A stretch of DNA of 64,000 nt from Meiothermus sp. (GCA_033762915.1 JANRLD010000078.1:9550-73549); one strand, 5' to 3'; numbered from the stretch's first letter, positions 50,757-63,547 are shown. The notes: generated by a model from the letters alone, not told the origin. Translations and numbers: made by a program.

Positions 50757-51548
50757 CTAGGCCCCTGCCGCAGCAAGCTTCTGGCTCCCCGTTAGAAGCC
50801 GGGGGCCAGAGTCGGTGATCAGCACCGTGTTTTCGTAGTGGGCGGCCAGGTTGCCTTTGCCAACAGTGGCCGTCCAGCCATCGGACAATATTACCATCTT
50901 GGCGGGAAAAAGGGAAACCATCGGCTCGAAGGCCAGGGTCATGCCCGCCCTGAGCTTGGGGCCTTTGCCGGGGTCGCCGAAGTTGGGCACCTGGGGGTCC
51001 TCGTGGTTGTACTTGCCCACGCCGTGCCCCACCATCTCCCGCACGCACCAAAGGCCGTGCTTGCCCTCCACGAACTGCTGCACTGCGTAGCCCACATCGC
51101 CCAGGCGGGTGCCGGGCTGGAGCAGCTCGAGACCCATCCAGAAGGCCTCTTCCGTAACCCGCTTGAGCCGCTCAGCCTCGTTGGATATCTTGCCCACGGC
51201 GTAGGTGCGGGCCATGTCGGTGGTGTAGCCGTCGAAGGTAAACAAAAAGTCCACCTTGAGCAGCTCGCCCTCCTCGAGGGGGCGCCTCGAGGGGAAGCCG
51301 TGCACCACCACATCGTCGACCGACATGCAGGTAGCGAACTGGTAGGGTACGTCGGCCGCGCCCTTGTAGCCGATCTGGGGGGCCTTGCCGCCGACCCGCC
51401 GGATGGCCTTGAGGATGGTCTGGTCGAGGTCGTGGGTGGTCACACCGGGCCTGATGAGGGGCTCGACCTCGGCAAAGATCGAGGTATGAAGCTGACCGGT
51501 CTTGGTCATCTTCTCGATCTCCCAGGGCGATTTGATGTGGATGGCCAT
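50757..51548 (-). CDS. map: Methionine aminopeptidase type I
   Basis: VVHG, DGYTTD, GHGVG..HE, FEPM, AHYENT. Confidence 0.96.
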   Translation of the reverse strand: MAIHIKSPWEIEKMTKTGQLHTSIFAEVEPLIRPGVTTHDLDQTILKAIRRVGGKAPQIGYKGAADVPYQFATCMSVDDVVVHGFPSRRPLEEGELLKVDFLFTFDGYTTDMARTYAVGKISNEAERLKRVTEEAFWMGLELLQPGTRLGDVGYAVQQFVEGKHGLWCVREMVGHGVGKYNHEDPQVPNFGDPGKGPKLRAGMTLAFEPMVSLFPAKMVILSDGWTATVGKGNLAAHYENTVLITDSGPRLLTGSQKLAAAGA

Positions 51549-51574
51549 AGTGTGATTGCCCAGAACCTGACGGC

Positions 51575-52147
51575 CTAAGCCTTAACCCCCAGTGCGTCTT
51601 GGATCGCCGCGTACACCTCGTCCACCTTACCCAGCCCGTTGACTTCCTTCAGGCTGCCGGTTTTGGCGTAGTAATCCACCAGCGGCTGAGTTTTCTGGGT
51701 ATAGACGGCGAGGCGGTTGGCGATGGTCTCGGCGTTGTCGTCGGTGCGGCCTTCCTGCTGGGCGCGGCCCAGCAGTCGCTTGACCAGTTCTTCGCGGGGG
51801 GCCTCGACCAGCAAAACACCCAGCAGGCGAATTTTGTTGTCAGTTAGCAGTTGGTCCAGCGCCTCGGCCTGCGCCAGGGTGCGGGGGAAACCGTCGAAGA
51901 TGACCTTGGGGTTGGCGAAGGTGGACAGCTCGTGCTGGATCAGCGCCAGGATGATCTCGTCAGAGACCAAATCGCCGCGCTCGAGGATCGGCGCGACCTT
52001 TTGGCCGAGTTCGGTGCCCCTGGAAACGTGGCTGCGCAACATGTCACCGGTGGAGAGTTGGACGAATCCCAGCTCGGAGGCCAGCCGCTTGGCCTGGGTG
52101 CCTTTGCCCGCGCCCGGAGGTCCGAGGAAGATGACTGCTTCCGCCAT
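51575..52147 (-). CDS. adk: Adenylate kinase (short LID)
   Basis: GPPGAGKGTQA, STGDMLR, DGFPRT, RTDD. Confidence 0.97.
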   Translation of the reverse strand: MAEAVIFLGPPGAGKGTQAKRLASELGFVQLSTGDMLRSHVSRGTELGQKVAPILERGDLVSDEIILALIQHELSTFANPKVIFDGFPRTLAQAEALDQLLTDNKIRLLGVLLVEAPREELVKRLLGRAQQEGRTDDNAETIANRLAVYTQKTQPLVDYYAKTGSLKEVNGLGKVDEVYAAIQDALGVKA

Positions 52148-52158
52148 GCCCCCTCCTC

Positions 52159-53487
<1,329 letters not shown>

Positions 53488-53490
53488 GGC

Positions 53491-53976
53491 TTATGCTCCC
53501 TCAGCGGCGGGGGCAGGCTTGGCCACGACCACCACAGCCTCGCCGCCTGCGGCCTTGAGTTTTTCGGCGGCCGCCGCCGAGAACTTGGCGGCGTGGACCT
53601 TAACCGCGCTGGCCTCGCCCTGCGATAGCACCTTAACCGGGAAGCCGGCGCGAACCAGCCCGGCCTTGACCAGGGCTTCGGCGTTCACGTCGCCGCTCTG
53701 GAAGTGCTTGGCGATGTCGCCCACGTTGACGACCTGGTACTCCACGCGCTTCAGCTCGCCATGGGACTGGCTTTTCATGCCGCGCTTGGGCAGGCGCATG
53801 ATCAGGGTGGAGCGACCCCCCTCGAAGCGGTTGGAGTTCTTGAGGCCGCCCGAGCGGGACTTCTGGCCCTTGTGGCCGCGTCCGGCGGTCTTGCCCTTCC
53901 CCGAGCCGGGGCCACGGGCCACGCGCTTGTTGCGCTTGTTCGCGCCCTCGTTGGGGCGGATGTCGGTCAGTTTCAT
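53491..53976 (-). CDS. rplO: 50S ribosomal protein L15
   Basis: [20 protein letters not shown]. Confidence 0.98.
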   Translation of the reverse strand: MKLTDIRPNEGANKRNKRVARGPGSGKGKTAGRGHKGQKSRSGGLKNSNRFEGGRSTLIMRLPKRGMKSQSHGELKRVEYQVVNVGDIAKHFQSGDVNAEALVKAGLVRAGFPVKVLSQGEASAVKVHAAKFSAAAAEKLKAAGGEAVVVVAKPAPAAEGA

Positions 53977-54152
53977 TATTCCACCACCTCGACGAGGTGC
54001 GCGACCTTGCGGATCTGGCCCAGCATGGCGGGGTTGGAGTCAATCTCGCGCACGCGGTTCATCTTGGTCAGGCCCAGCACCTTCAGCGCGGCCTTCTGAT
54101 CCTTGGGGTAACCGATGGGGCTCTTGACCAGCTTCACCTTCACGGTCGCCAT
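53976..54152 (-). CDS. rpmD: 50S ribosomal protein L30
   Basis: Not in ORF track. [38 protein letters not shown]. Confidence 0.97.
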   Translation of the reverse strand: MATVKVKLVKSPIGYPKDQKAALKVLGLTKMNRVREIDSNPAMLGQIRKVAHLVEVVE

Positions 54153-54634
54153 TAGCCCTCACCACCTTCGGTCTTCCGCAGGCGCTTCACATCATCCCAG
54201 GTTTGGAGCTGGCGCAGCGCCTCGAGCGTGGCGTAGGCCTGGTTGACGTAGTTGCGCGAGCCCAACTCCTTGGTCAGGATGTCGGTGATCCCGGCCAGCT
54301 CGAGGATCGCGCGCGGCACCTGACCGGCGATAACCCCCGTGCCGGGCGCGGCCGGGCGCAGGATGATGGTCGAGGAGCCGTGCGTCACGGTGATCTCGTG
54401 GGGGATGGTGCCGTTCTTGAGGGGCACCTCGATCATCTTGCGCTTGGCGTAATTGTTGGCCTTCTGCACCGCAACGGGCACTTCCTTGGCCTTGCCCAGG
54501 CCCAGCCCGACGCGGCCCTGGCGGTCGCCCACGGCGACCAAGGCCCCGAACCGGAAGCGCCTACCCCCCTGGTACGTCTTGGAGGTGCGGCGCACGTGGA
54601 TCATCTTCTCTTCAAAATCGCTGACTTCAGCCAT
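54152..54634 (-). CDS. rpsE: 30S ribosomal protein S5
   Basis: [21 protein letters not shown]. Confidence 0.98.
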   Translation of the reverse strand: MAEVSDFEEKMIHVRRTSKTYQGGRRFRFGALVAVGDRQGRVGLGLGKAKEVPVAVQKANNYAKRKMIEVPLKNGTIPHEITVTHGSSTIILRPAAPGTGVIAGQVPRAILELAGITDILTKELGSRNYVNQAYATLEALRQLQTWDDVKRLRKTEGGEG

Positions 54635-54738
54635 TATGTAAGCTCCTTCGGAGCGTCGAATGTCTAGCTTCTAGAGTCCAGAGCAAAAACTTTAGAGCTT
54701 CTGTGTTTTGGCCCTCGACCCTCGACCTCGACCCTCGA

Positions 54739-55077
54739 CTAAAACTGCAACCCGCCCTCGCGCGCCCCGTCGGCCAGAGCCTTGACCCGGCCGTGGTACT
54801 TGAAGGAGCCGCGGTCAAAGACGACCTTGCTGATGCCCTTGGCCTTGGCGGCCTCGGCGATGGCGGCGCCCACCTTCTTGGCCACTTCGGTCTTGTTGCC
54901 CTCGAGCTTGAGGGCCTTGGAGTTGGCGGCGGCCAGGGTCTCGCCCTTGGCATCGTCGATGATCTGGGCGTAGATGTGGTTGAGGCTGCGGTGGACGCTG
55001 AGGCGCAGGTGTCCGGCGGCCTTGACGGCCTTGCGGACGCGGAACTTGCGGCGGTCTTCGGTGGATAGGCGTGCCAT
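54739..55077 (-). CDS. rplR: 50S ribosomal protein L18
   Basis: [23 protein letters not shown]. Confidence 0.98.
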   Translation of the reverse strand: MARLSTEDRRKFRVRKAVKAAGHLRLSVHRSLNHIYAQIIDDAKGETLAAANSKALKLEGNKTEVAKKVGAAIAEAAKAKGISKVVFDRGSFKYHGRVKALADGAREGGLQF

Positions 55078-55089
55078 AAGTTTCCCCTA

Positions 55090-55629
55090 CTACTTGCCCG
55101 CGGTCTTGCCGGGCTTGGTCTTGATGGTTTCGTCGGCGTAGCGGATGCCCTTGGCGTGGTAGGCGTCGGGCGGACGCACGGCGCGCAGGTTGGCCGCGGT
55201 CTGGCCGACGAGTTGCTTGTCAATGCCGCTGACCTTGATGCGGGTCTGCTCGGGCACCTCGAAGGTGATCCCGGCTGGCGGGGCCACCAGCACCTTGTGG
55301 CTGTAGCCTACGGTCAGCTCGAGGTTCTTGCCCTGGAGCTGGGCGCGGTAGCCGGTGCCGTTGATGACCATCTCGCGCGCGTAGCCCGCCGAGACGCCCT
55401 GGATGGCGTTGGCGATCAGGGTGCGGTAGAGGCCGTGCTGGGCGCGGTGGGTGCGGCTGTCGGACGGGCGCTCGACGTTCACGGTGGTGGCGTCGGCCTT
55501 GACGGTCAGCTCGGGGTTGAAGGCGACGCTCAGCTCGCCCTTCGCGCCCTTGACCTTGACCGTGCCGGGCTTGACCTCGACGCTTACGCCCTTGGGTAGG
55601 GTGATGGGCAGTTTACCGATGCGGCTCAT
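55090..55629 (-). CDS. rplF: 50S ribosomal protein L6
   Basis: [22 protein letters not shown]. Confidence 0.98.
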   Translation of the reverse strand: MSRIGKLPITLPKGVSVEVKPGTVKVKGAKGELSVAFNPELTVKADATTVNVERPSDSRTHRAQHGLYRTLIANAIQGVSAGYAREMVINGTGYRAQLQGKNLELTVGYSHKVLVAPPAGITFEVPEQTRIKVSGIDKQLVGQTAANLRAVRPPDAYHAKGIRYADETIKTKPGKTAGK

Positions 55630-56024
55630 TACCACACCTCGCAAATCACTTCGCCGCCCACGCCGAGCTTGCGGGCTTCGCGGTCGGGAAGTAGGCCCTT
55701 GGAGGTCGAGACAATCGCCAGGCCCAGGCCACGGCGGATGTTGGGCACGTTCTCGGCGGTCACGTAGACGCGCCGGCCGGGACGGCTGACGCGCTGGATG
55801 TGCTGGATGACCTTCTCGCGGCGGGGGCCGTACTTAAGGGCAAGGCGCAGGACGGGCTTGCCGTCGTTCTCGAGGCGCTCCACGCTGCGGAGGAAGCCCT
55901 CCTTGACCAGGATACCGGCGATCTGCTGCTTGAACTTGGAGGCGGGAACGTCCACGCTCTCCTTGTGAACCAACAGCCCGTTGCGGATGCGGCTCAGCAT
56001 GTCTGCTATGGGGTCGCTTAACAT
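55629..56024 (-). CDS. rpsH: 30S ribosomal protein S8
   Basis: [26 protein letters not shown]. Confidence 0.98.
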   Translation of the reverse strand: MLSDPIADMLSRIRNGLLVHKESVDVPASKFKQQIAGILVKEGFLRSVERLENDGKPVLRLALKYGPRREKVIQHIQRVSRPGRRVYVTAENVPNIRRGLGLAIVSTSKGLLPDREARKLGVGGEVICEVW

Positions 56025-56306
56025 CGTTTCTCCTTCTTTTCGAGCCCGCCTGCCGCCTTTGACTCCAGAGGGTTGACCGAGGTTATCGAAGCCAACTCCT
56101 GCTTCTGGATGTTGCCATCTCGGCGTTCCCTTCGATTGACTCAGGGAACTCGGTGGTTCCAGAACGAGGTCTTGGGCGCGGGGTGACGTTTGCGGAGCTA
56201 GGTTCTGGCGAAACTCGCCAGCCGTACGGCTCAGAACGCCTGCAGGTACGTCTCGAGGGTTGGGGCGCGGTATCGGGAGAATCCCCCCGACCTGTTCGCC
56301 CGAACC

Positions 56307-56576
56307 TTACCAGCTAGCCTTGCGAACGCCGGGGAGCTGCCCCCGGTGGGCCATCTCGCGGAACTGCAAGCGGGAAATGCCGAAATAGCGGATATAGCTC
56401 TTGGCACGCCCGGTCACTGCGCAGCGGTTCTTGTGTCGGGTGGGACTGGCGTCGCGGGGCAGTTCGGCCAGGGCCGCGAAGTCGCCCGCAGCCTTCAGCT
56501 CGGCCCGCTTTTTGGCGTACTTGGCCACGGTCTTCTGCTTGCGCTTCATCTTCTCGACTTGGGATTTCTTTGCCAT
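56307..56576 (-). CDS. rpsN: 30S ribosomal protein S14, 89-aa zinc-independent form
   Basis: LPRDASPTR..NRCAVTGR..FREMA..LPGVRKASW; single Cys. Confidence 0.97.
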   Translation of the reverse strand: MAKKSQVEKMKRKQKTVAKYAKKRAELKAAGDFAALAELPRDASPTRHKNRCAVTGRAKSYIRYFGISRLQFREMAHRGQLPGVRKASW

Positions 56577-56666
56577 CGGTTCACCTCCTTTCTATGGTGG
56601 GGTTATGGGAAAGCTGGCTAAGTTTTTCGAAGCCAGCTGGTGTTCAGTGCTGCGTCCCTCCGAGGG

Positions 56667-57215
56667 CTACTTGCGGAACGGGAACCCGAGCAGCTCGAGG
56701 AAGGCCCTGGCCTCTTCGTCATTCTTGGCGGTGGTGACCACGGCGATGTCCATGCCGCGCACCGCGTCGATCATCTCGAAGGTGATCTCGGGGAAGATGG
56801 CTTGCTCCTTGAGACCCAGGTTGTAGTTGCCGCGCCCGTCGAAGGCGTTGGGGTTGATGCCCCGGAAGTCGCGGATGCGGGGAAGGGCGATGTTGAGGAG
56901 CTTCTCGGCAAAGATCCACATGCGGTCACCGCGCAGGGTCACGCGCAGCCCGATGGGCATCCCCTCGCGCAGCTTGAAGTTGGAGATCGACTTCTTGGCC
57001 TTGGTGATGGAGGGCTGTTGCCCGGTGATGATGGCCAGTTCCTTGCCCGCCTTCTCGAGGATGCGGCTGTCTTCCTTGGCCTCGCCGAGGCCCTGGTTGA
57101 CCACGATCTTGACCAGCCGGGGGGCGGCCATGACCGAGGTGTAGCCGAACCTCTTCATCAGCTCGGGGCGGATTTCTTCGTGGTAACGCTTCTTAAGTGC
57201 GACTTCGACGGCCAT
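56667..57215 (-). CDS. rplE: 50S ribosomal protein L5
   Basis: [22 protein letters not shown]. Confidence 0.98.
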   Translation of the reverse strand: MAVEVALKKRYHEEIRPELMKRFGYTSVMAAPRLVKIVVNQGLGEAKEDSRILEKAGKELAIITGQQPSITKAKKSISNFKLREGMPIGLRVTLRGDRMWIFAEKLLNIALPRIRDFRGINPNAFDGRGNYNLGLKEQAIFPEITFEMIDAVRGMDIAVVTTAKNDEEARAFLELLGFPFRK

Positions 57216-57234
57216 GCTAGCTCCTTAGGCAGCG

Positions 57235-57582
57235 TTACTTGCTGTCAAGTGCGCCTTCGCACTTGGCACAAACGCGGATGTGACGGTCTTTGCCGTCATC
57301 GCCTGTGATCTTCTTGTGGCGAACCCTGGTGGGCTTCTCGCAGCTCGGGCAGATGGGCATAACCTTGCTGCTGGCGAGCCAGCCTTCCGACTCCACAAAC
57401 CCGCCCTGGGGGTTGCGGGGGTTGGGCTTGACCGAGCGCTTGATCATGTTCAGGCCCTCGACCCGCACCACACCCTTCTTGGGGTCAACCGCCAGCACCT
57501 TGCCGGTCTCGTTGCGCAAACCCTCGCGCCCCGACAGCACCTTCACGGTGTCCCCCTTCTTGACGTGTACCTTATTGGGCAT
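57235..57582 (-). CDS. rplX: 50S ribosomal protein L24
   Basis: [15 protein letters not shown] motif; CPSC..CAKC. Confidence 0.97.
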   Translation of the reverse strand: MPNKVHVKKGDTVKVLSGREGLRNETGKVLAVDPKKGVVRVEGLNMIKRSVKPNPRNPQGGFVESEGWLASSKVMPICPSCEKPTRVRHKKITGDDGKDRHIRVCAKCEGALDSK

Positions 57583-57699
57583 TGTTTCCTCCAACTCAAA
57601 CGCCGCAGTTCTGCTTACGGCAGCCAAATGAAGAGTTTACCAGACTTGGTGAAAAAAAGCACCCCGTTGGCCTTTGGGCCTTGGGTGGCTGTTCACCGG

Positions 57700-57880
57700 T
57701 TGGCCCCAACCCGACCTTCTCCCGCAAGAGGGGCGGACTTTAGGGTTAAGGCGAGCGAACTGCGGGGCTCTTCTGTTTTTGCCTCCCCAGAGGGGAGGCT
57801 ACCGCAAAAGGCACCGCAACTTCACTTTCCTCCCCGTCCAGTCCCCTCCCCTCAGCGCTGGAGGGTCGGGGTGGGGGTAG
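57700..57880. repeat. REP-like GC-rich hairpin cluster in the rplN-rplX spacer
   Basis: CCCCAACCCGACC..GGTCGGGGTGGGG ends; internal GCCTCCCC/GGGGAGGC hairpin. Confidence 0.55.
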
Positions 57881-57883
57881 CGC

Positions 57884-58252
57884 TCAGAGCACTTCGGGGG
57901 CCAACGAGACGATCTTCATGAAGCCGCGCTCGCGAAGCTCGCGGGCAACGGGGCCGAAGACGCGGGTGCCACGGGGCTCGTTGTTGGGGTTGATGATGAC
58001 CGCGGCGTTGGTGTCGAAGCGGATGGAGCTGCCGTCCTGGCGGCGGATCTCCTTGGCGGTGCGGACCACCACCGCCTTCACCACGTCGCCCTCCTTGACC
58101 ATGCCGCGCGGGATGGCCTCTTTAACCGAGGCCACGATCACGTCGCCCACACCGGCGTACTTGCGGTAGTGGCCACCCATCACGCGGATGCAGCCGATCT
58201 TGCGGGCACCGGTGTTATCGGCGACTTCCAGTACGGTCTCTTGCTGGATCAT
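57884..58252 (-). CDS. rplN: 50S ribosomal protein L14
   Basis: [26 protein letters not shown]. Confidence 0.98.
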   Translation of the reverse strand: MIQQETVLEVADNTGARKIGCIRVMGGHYRKYAGVGDVIVASVKEAIPRGMVKEGDVVKAVVVRTAKEIRRQDGSSIRFDTNAAVIINPNNEPRGTRVFGPVARELRERGFMKIVSLAPEVL

Positions 58253-58542
58253 GCCTTACCACGCTCCTTGCGCAGCTGGTAGCGCTCCACCAAGTCCATC
58301 CGGCCTTCCTCGAGCCTGCCCGTAACCACGAACTTCTTGGTCTTGGACAAAGGGCGGGCCTCCTGAATCTGCACGATGTCGCCAACCTTGTACTGGTCGG
58401 TCTCGTCGTGGGCGCTGTACTTCTTGGACTGCCGAATCACCTTGCCGTAGAGCGGGTGCTGCATCTGGCGCTCGACCAAAACCGTCACGGTCTTCTGCGC
58501 CTTGTCGCTGACCACCACGCCGGTTAGAACTTTCTTAGGCAT
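58249..58542 (-). CDS. rpsQ: 30S ribosomal protein S17
   Basis: GVVVSDK, HPLYGK, RPLSKTK. Confidence 0.98.
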   Translation of the reverse strand: MPKKVLTGVVVSDKAQKTVTVLVERQMQHPLYGKVIRQSKKYSAHDETDQYKVGDIVQIQEARPLSKTKKFVVTGRLEEGRMDLVERYQLRKERGKA

Positions 58543-58636
58543 TTTTACTCCTTCTATTGGGCTAAAGGCTTGGGGCTGAAAGCCGGAGGCGAAAGATGGG
58601 TCTGTTTTCCGCTCCCGGCTTTCGGCCCAAAGCTTC

Positions 58637-58912
58637 CTAGCTCTTTGCCTTCCGGGCGGGGGCCTTCTTGGCGGGCTTGGCAACCAGAGCGGTTTCCTTG
58701 GCGACCACCGTCTCGCCGCGCTCCTTCTCACCAATGATGGTGAGCATCCGGGCGATCTCCTGACGGGTCTGGGCGACCACGTGGTTCTTCTCGAGCTGGC
58801 CGATGCTGGCCTGGAAGCGCAGCTCCATCAGCTCCCTCTTGGAGTCGGTCACGCGCTTCTGGAGTTCGGCCACGCTGAGTTTGCGCAGCTCATTGGGCTT
58901 CGTCGTAGGCAT
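58637..58912 (-). CDS. rpmC: 50S ribosomal protein L29 with Lys/Ala-rich tail
   Basis: [14 protein letters not shown]; position between rplP and rpsQ. Confidence 0.95.
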   Translation of the reverse strand: MPTTKPNELRKLSVAELQKRVTDSKRELMELRFQASIGQLEKNHVVAQTRQEIARMLTIIGEKERGETVVAKETALVAKPAKKAPARKAKS

Positions 58913-59315
58913 CGCGTCTCACCACCTTGGTCTGCATGGGGAGCTTATGCCCGGCCAGGCGCAAGGCCTCCCTGGCCTGCTCCTCGCTCACACCGCTCAC
59001 CTCGAACATCACGCGGCCAGGCTTGACCACGGCCACGTAGCCTTCCACGTTACCCTTACCCTTACCCATTCGGACTTCCAGGGGCTTCTTGGTGAAGGGC
59101 TTATCGGGGAATATGCGGATGAAAATCTTGCCGCCACGGCGGAAGTGGCGCACCATCGCCACACGGGCCGCCTCGATCTGCTGGCTGGTTACCCAGGTCG
59201 GCTCCATCGAGACCAGGCCCCACTCGCCGAAGGCCACATAGTCGCCTCCCTTGGCGGTGCCGCGCATACGCCCACGGTGGGCCTTGCGGTACTTCATGCG
59301 CTTGGGCATCAACAT
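58890..59315 (-). CDS. rplP: 50S ribosomal protein L16
   Basis: [18 protein letters not shown]. Confidence 0.98.
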   Translation of the reverse strand: MLMPKRMKYRKAHRGRMRGTAKGGDYVAFGEWGLVSMEPTWVTSQQIEAARVAMVRHFRRGGKIFIRIFPDKPFTKKPLEVRMGKGKGNVEGYVAVVKPGRVMFEVSGVSEEQAREALRLAGHKLPMQTKVVRRDAYDEAQ

Positions 59316-59318
59316 GCT

Positions 59319-60080
59319 TTAAGCACCTCCCTGGCCGCCCGCCGTCTTGCGCACGGCGGGGCCGCGTCGGCGGGGCTTGTTATCGCGGTTCTCGGGCTTG
59401 GGCTGGGCCGGGCGGGCGGCGGGCTGGGCCCCCGGGACCTGGCGCTTGCCGCCGATGACCTCGCCCATGAACACATACGCCTTCACGCCGAGCGAGCCAT
59501 AGGTGGTCTGGGCTCGAGCGGTGCCGTAGTCGATGTTGGCGCGGAGGGTGTGCAGGGGCACACGGCCCTCGGCGGCCCACTCGACGCGGGCCTGCTCGGC
59601 GCCGCCGATGCGCCCGGAGACCACGATCTTGGCCCCCTGGGCACCGGACTCGCGCACGCGCTGCACGGCCTGCTTAATGCTGCGGCGGATGGCGAAGCGG
59701 CGCTCGATCTGCTCGGCGATGCGCTGGGCCACCAGCGGCGCCGAAAGGTTGGGGTTGCCGACTTCCTGGACGTTGAGGGCCACGGTCTTGCCCTTGTACT
59801 TGTTCTGCAGACCCTCGCGCAGGCGCTTGATGGTCTCGCCGCCGCGACCAATCACCACGCCGGGCTTGGCGGCGTAGACGGTGACGGAGATGTTGTCGGC
59901 GGCCCGCTCGATGTCCACGCGAGCGATGCCCGCGGGCTTGAGTTCCTTCTCGATCATGCGGCGGATGTCCCGATCCTGCACGATCAGGCCCTTGTAGGCC
60001 TTCTTGCCCGCGTACCAGCGCGACTCGAATTCGCGGGTGATGCCCAGGCGCAGGCCGGTGGGGTTAATCTTATTTCCCAT
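59319..60080 (-). CDS. rpsC: 30S ribosomal protein S3
   Basis: [29 protein letters not shown]. Confidence 0.98.
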   Translation of the reverse strand: MGNKINPTGLRLGITREFESRWYAGKKAYKGLIVQDRDIRRMIEKELKPAGIARVDIERAADNISVTVYAAKPGVVIGRGGETIKRLREGLQNKYKGKTVALNVQEVGNPNLSAPLVAQRIAEQIERRFAIRRSIKQAVQRVRESGAQGAKIVVSGRIGGAEQARVEWAAEGRVPLHTLRANIDYGTARAQTTYGSLGVKAYVFMGEVIGGKRQVPGAQPAARPAQPKPENRDNKPRRRGPAVRKTAGGQGGA

Positions 60081-60092
60081 GCTTACTCTCCC

Positions 60093-60602
60093 TTAACGCT
60101 TGGCCTGTCCCTCGCCCACCACGATGGTGATGTGACTGGTACGCTTCTTGATCATGTTGGCCGAGCCGCGCGCACGGGGCAGCATCCGCTTGATGGCGGG
60201 GCCTTCGTCCACCCAGCCCGCCCGCACGGTCAGCTCGTCTTCGATCAGGTCGTAGTTGTTGATGGCGTTGGCGATGGCGCTCTCGAGCACCTTCACGATG
60301 ATCTCGGCGCTGCGGTGGGGGGTGTACTTGAGGATGGCCCTGGCCTCCTCGAGCTTCTTCCCACGGATCAGGTCGACAACCAGGCGCACCTTCTGGGGCG
60401 ACATGCGGACGTTGCGGGCGACGGCAAGCGCGTAGTCGCGCTTGCCGCCCTCGGCCTTGAGGGCCTCCTCGCGGTCGCGCAGCGAGAGCTTGGCGAACTT
60501 CTGCAAGCCCGCCGAACCAGGGAAGTGGCGGTCGCGGATATCCTTGCGGATGTCGTTGCGCAGCGACTTCTTCAGTCGGGTCTTTTTATCAGTGGCTTCC
60601 AC
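60093..60602 (-). CDS. rplV: 50S ribosomal protein L22 with long N-terminal extension
   Basis: [31 protein letters not shown] start after GGAGG. Confidence 0.96.
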   Translation of the reverse strand: MEATDKKTRLKKSLRNDIRKDIRDRHFPGSAGLQKFAKLSLRDREEALKAEGGKRDYALAVARNVRMSPQKVRLVVDLIRGKKLEEARAILKYTPHRSAEIIVKVLESAIANAINNYDLIEDELTVRAGWVDEGPAIKRMLPRARGSANMIKKRTSHITIVVGEGQAKR

Positions 60603-60613
60603 GGTTCACCTCC

Positions 60614-60895
60614 TTACTTCTTGGCGGCGGTCTTGGCCTCTCTCGAGTGCCCCTTGTAGGTGCGGGTGGGGCTGAACTCGCCCAGCTTGTGCCCGACCAT
60701 GTTCTCGGTGACGTACACCGGGACATGCTGCTTGCCGTTGTACACCGCGATGGTGTGCCCGATCATCTCGGGGACGATGGTGGAGCGGCGGCTCCAGGTC
60801 TTCAGGACCCGCTTCTCGCCCCTCGAGTTCATCGCCTCCACCTTGTCAATCAAGTGGCCGTCGATGAAGATGCCTTTTTTCAAGCTACGTGGCAT
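60614..60895 (-). CDS. rpsS: 30S ribosomal protein S19
   Basis: [23 protein letters not shown]. Confidence 0.98.
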   Translation of the reverse strand: MPRSLKKGIFIDGHLIDKVEAMNSRGEKRVLKTWSRRSTIVPEMIGHTIAVYNGKQHVPVYVTENMVGHKLGEFSPTRTYKGHSREAKTAAKK

Positions 60896-60907
60896 GATTC
60901 ACTCTCC

Positions 60908-61738
60908 TTACTTTTTACGCCGCGCAACGATAAAGGCGCTCGAGGGCTTCTTCTTGTGGCGGGTCTTGAGGCCCTTGGCCTGCTGGCCCCAGGGCGAAAC
61001 CGGGGGACGGCCACGGGGGGCGCGGCCCTCACCGCCGCCGTGCGGGTGATCCACCGGGTTCATCACAGTGCCGCGCACGTGGCCCTTGCGGCCCTTGTGG
61101 CGGTTGCGCCCGGCCTTGCCGATCACGATGTTCTTGTGGTCGGAGTTGGACACGGTGCCGATCGTCGCGAAGCTCTCGCCGTGGACCCGGCGCAACTCGC
61201 CGGAGGGCAGGCGCAGGATCACGTAGTCGCCCTCGCGGCCCTGAACCTGGACACTGGTCCCGGCGCTGCGGGCCATCTTGGCCCCCTTGCCCGGCTCGAG
61301 CTCGACCGCGTGGATCACCGTGCCCACGGGGATGAACCGCAGCGGCAGGGCGTTTCCCACCGCGATGGCGGCCTCGGGGCCGCTAACGATTCGCGAGTCC
61401 ACGGTCAGGCCGTCGGGGCAGAGGATGTAGCGCTTCTCGCCGTCGGCGTAGAAGAGCAGGGCGATGCGGGCGGTACGGTTGGGGTCGTACTCCACCGCCG
61501 CCACGCGGGCGGGAATCCCCGCCTTGTCGCGCCGCTTAAAGTCCACGATGCGGTAGAGCTGCTTGTGGCCGCCGGAAATGAAGCGGCTGGTGGTGCGCCC
61601 CTGGTTGTTGCGCCCCCCGGTTTTCTTAAGGGGTGCGGTGAGCGACTTCTCGGGACGCTTCTTGGTCAGGTCCGAGAAGTCGGCCACGGTCATGGTGCGG
61701 CGCGACGGGGTGTAGGGTCTAAACTTCTTTACGGCCAT
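60908..61738 (-). CDS. rplB: 50S ribosomal protein L2
   Basis: [24 protein letters not shown]. Confidence 0.98.
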   Translation of the reverse strand: MAVKKFRPYTPSRRTMTVADFSDLTKKRPEKSLTAPLKKTGGRNNQGRTTSRFISGGHKQLYRIVDFKRRDKAGIPARVAAVEYDPNRTARIALLFYADGEKRYILCPDGLTVDSRIVSGPEAAIAVGNALPLRFIPVGTVIHAVELEPGKGAKMARSAGTSVQVQGREGDYVILRLPSGELRRVHGESFATIGTVSNSDHKNIVIGKAGRNRHKGRKGHVRGTVMNPVDHPHGGGEGRAPRGRPPVSPWGQQAKGLKTRHKKKPSSAFIVARRKK

Positions 61739-61986
61739 TATATTTCCTCCCACCTGATACGCGCTAACCGAGTCGCGCTGATTCCAGATGGAGTTTGCCC
61801 CTTCTACTGCCGGTTCCCAAGCGTGAGATTTTGGGGCGGCACTCGGTCTCGAGGCGGTTGGGGGGGTGGTCGGTGGGTAGTGGGTGGTGGGAAAAAAGCA
61901 ACCCGCATTTTCCTTTCCACCTCCTACCTCCTATTGCCCACCTCCCTGTTAGAAAGAGCCCGCAATGCGGGTGCGGAATCCCGCAC

Positions 61987-62304
61987 CTACACCAAACCTT
62001 CCAGGGCTTCGATCTTCTGTCCGTAGGCCACGGTGACGATGGCCTTCTTGCGGTCGATGCGCTTGCCGCTGTAGAGGCCCAGGCGCTTGTTCTTGCCCAG
62101 GGTGTTCTGGGTGTTGACGGACACCACCTTGACCTTAAAGGCCTGCTCGACGGCGTTGGCGATCTCGGTCTTGTTGGCGTCGGGGTGAACCCAGAAGGTG
62201 TAGCGGGTGGGGGCCTCGCCCTTCTTGGCCTCCTCGGAGGAGAAGCCCGAGTAGGCCTTCTCCGACATCACCGGGGAGAGGATCACGTCGTAGGGGGTCT
62301 TCAT
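61987..62304 (-). CDS. rplW: 50S ribosomal protein L23
   Basis: PVMSEK, ANKTEI, KKAIV. Confidence 0.97.
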   Translation of the reverse strand: MKTPYDVILSPVMSEKAYSGFSSEEAKKGEAPTRYTFWVHPDANKTEIANAVEQAFKVKVVSVNTQNTLGKNKRLGLYSGKRIDRKKAIVTVAYGQKIEALEGLV

Positions 62305-62909
62305 GCTTCACCTCCGATGCGCTCCTGCACCCCCGCCCAGGCGCTGGCCTCGATGACCAGAGCCTGCTGGCGCACAATGTCGTAGACGTTGAGGCCCTCG
62401 GGGGCCAGCACACGCACTTCGGGAAGGTTACGGGCGGCACGGGCCACGGCCTCGTTGGCGGTGACCAGGAGGAGGGTCTGACCCTCGAGCTTGTTGGCCT
62501 TAATCCAGGCCACGAACTCCTTGGTCTTGCCGCTCACGCCCTTGAACTCCTCGGCCAGGAACAGCTTGCCCTCGCTCGCGCGGTCGGCCAGCGCCATGCC
62601 CAGGCCCAGCTTGCGAACCTTCTTGGGCAGGGTGTAGGAGTAGTCGCGGGGCTGCGGGCCGAAAGCGGTGCCGCCGCCCACAAAGATGGGGGCTCCGTAG
62701 TCGCCGTGGCGGGCGCGCCCGGTGTGCTTCTGGCCGTACATCTTCTTGGTGGTGAAGCTCACCATGCCGCGGGTCTTGGTCGCGGCGGTGCCCCGGCGGC
62801 GGCTGGCGAGCTGCCAACGCACCACCTCGAACAGCACATGGGTGTTCACCTTCTCGGGAAGCTGGGCCTCCACGGTCTTGCTGCTTCCCAGCACAGGAAG
62901 GCTAGCCAT
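62301..62909 (-). CDS. rplD: 50S ribosomal protein L4
   Basis: RRGTAATKTR, QKHTGRARHG, FGPQPR. Confidence 0.98.
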   Translation of the reverse strand: MASLPVLGSSKTVEAQLPEKVNTHVLFEVVRWQLASRRRGTAATKTRGMVSFTTKKMYGQKHTGRARHGDYGAPIFVGGGTAFGPQPRDYSYTLPKKVRKLGLGMALADRASEGKLFLAEEFKGVSGKTKEFVAWIKANKLEGQTLLLVTANEAVARAARNLPEVRVLAPEGLNVYDIVRQQALVIEASAWAGVQERIGGEA

Positions 62910-63547
62910 CACTTACCTCCCTTTTTCTTGGCGGGCACCTTGGCGGTCTGGCGGACCACCAACAGGCCGCCGTTCGCGCCAGGCACCGAGCCCTTGACCA
63001 GGATCAGGTTTTCGCCCTCGATGATATCTACTACCTCGAGGCCCTGAACCGTGACCTTTTCGTTGCCCCAGCGGCCGGGCATCTTCTTACCCTTGAAAAC
63101 ACGTCCGGGGGTCTTGCGGTTACCGATGGAGCCGCCGTGGCGGTGCACCTTGTGGGCGCCGTGGCTGTCGTTGCCGCCCGCAAAGTTCCACTTCTTCATC
63201 ACGCCGGTGAAGCCGTGACCCTTGGAGACGCCACTCACGTCCACCGTCTCGCCCGCAGCGAAAAGGCCCACCGTCACGGTGTCGCTGTCGGGGGCGAAGT
63301 CGCGCAGCTCGCGCAGGTAGCGTGTAGGGGCCACGCCCGCCTTGGCAAAGTGGCCCTTGGCGGGCTTGTTCACCAGCTTCTGGCGCTTGGGCTCGAAGCC
63401 GAGCTGGACGGCGGTGTAGCCGTCCTTGTCGGCGGTCTTGCGCTGCACCACAGGGCAGGGGCCGGCCAGGATCACGGTCACGGGAACGGCCTTGTCGCCC
63501 TTCCAAACCTGGGTCATGCCGACCTTGGTTCCGAGGATGCCCTTCAT
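62909..63547 (-). CDS. rplC: 50S ribosomal protein L3
   Basis: KVGMTQ, SKGHGF, VKGSVPG. Confidence 0.98.
   Translation of the reverse strand: MKGILGTKVGMTQVWKGDKAVPVTVILAGPCPVVQRKTADKDGYTAVQLGFEPKRQKLVNKPAKGHFAKAGVAPTRYLRELRDFAPDSDTVTVGLFAAGETVDVSGVSKGHGFTGVMKKWNFAGGNDSHGAHKVHRHGGSIGNRKTPGRVFKGKKMPGRWGNEKVTVQGLEVVDIIEGENLILVKGSVPGANGGLLVVRQTAKVPAKKKGGK

Noticed and set aside
58803..62026. Long plus-strand ORFs (618 aa, 459 aa)
   Set aside because: Antisense shadows of ribosomal protein genes caused by high-GC codon bias
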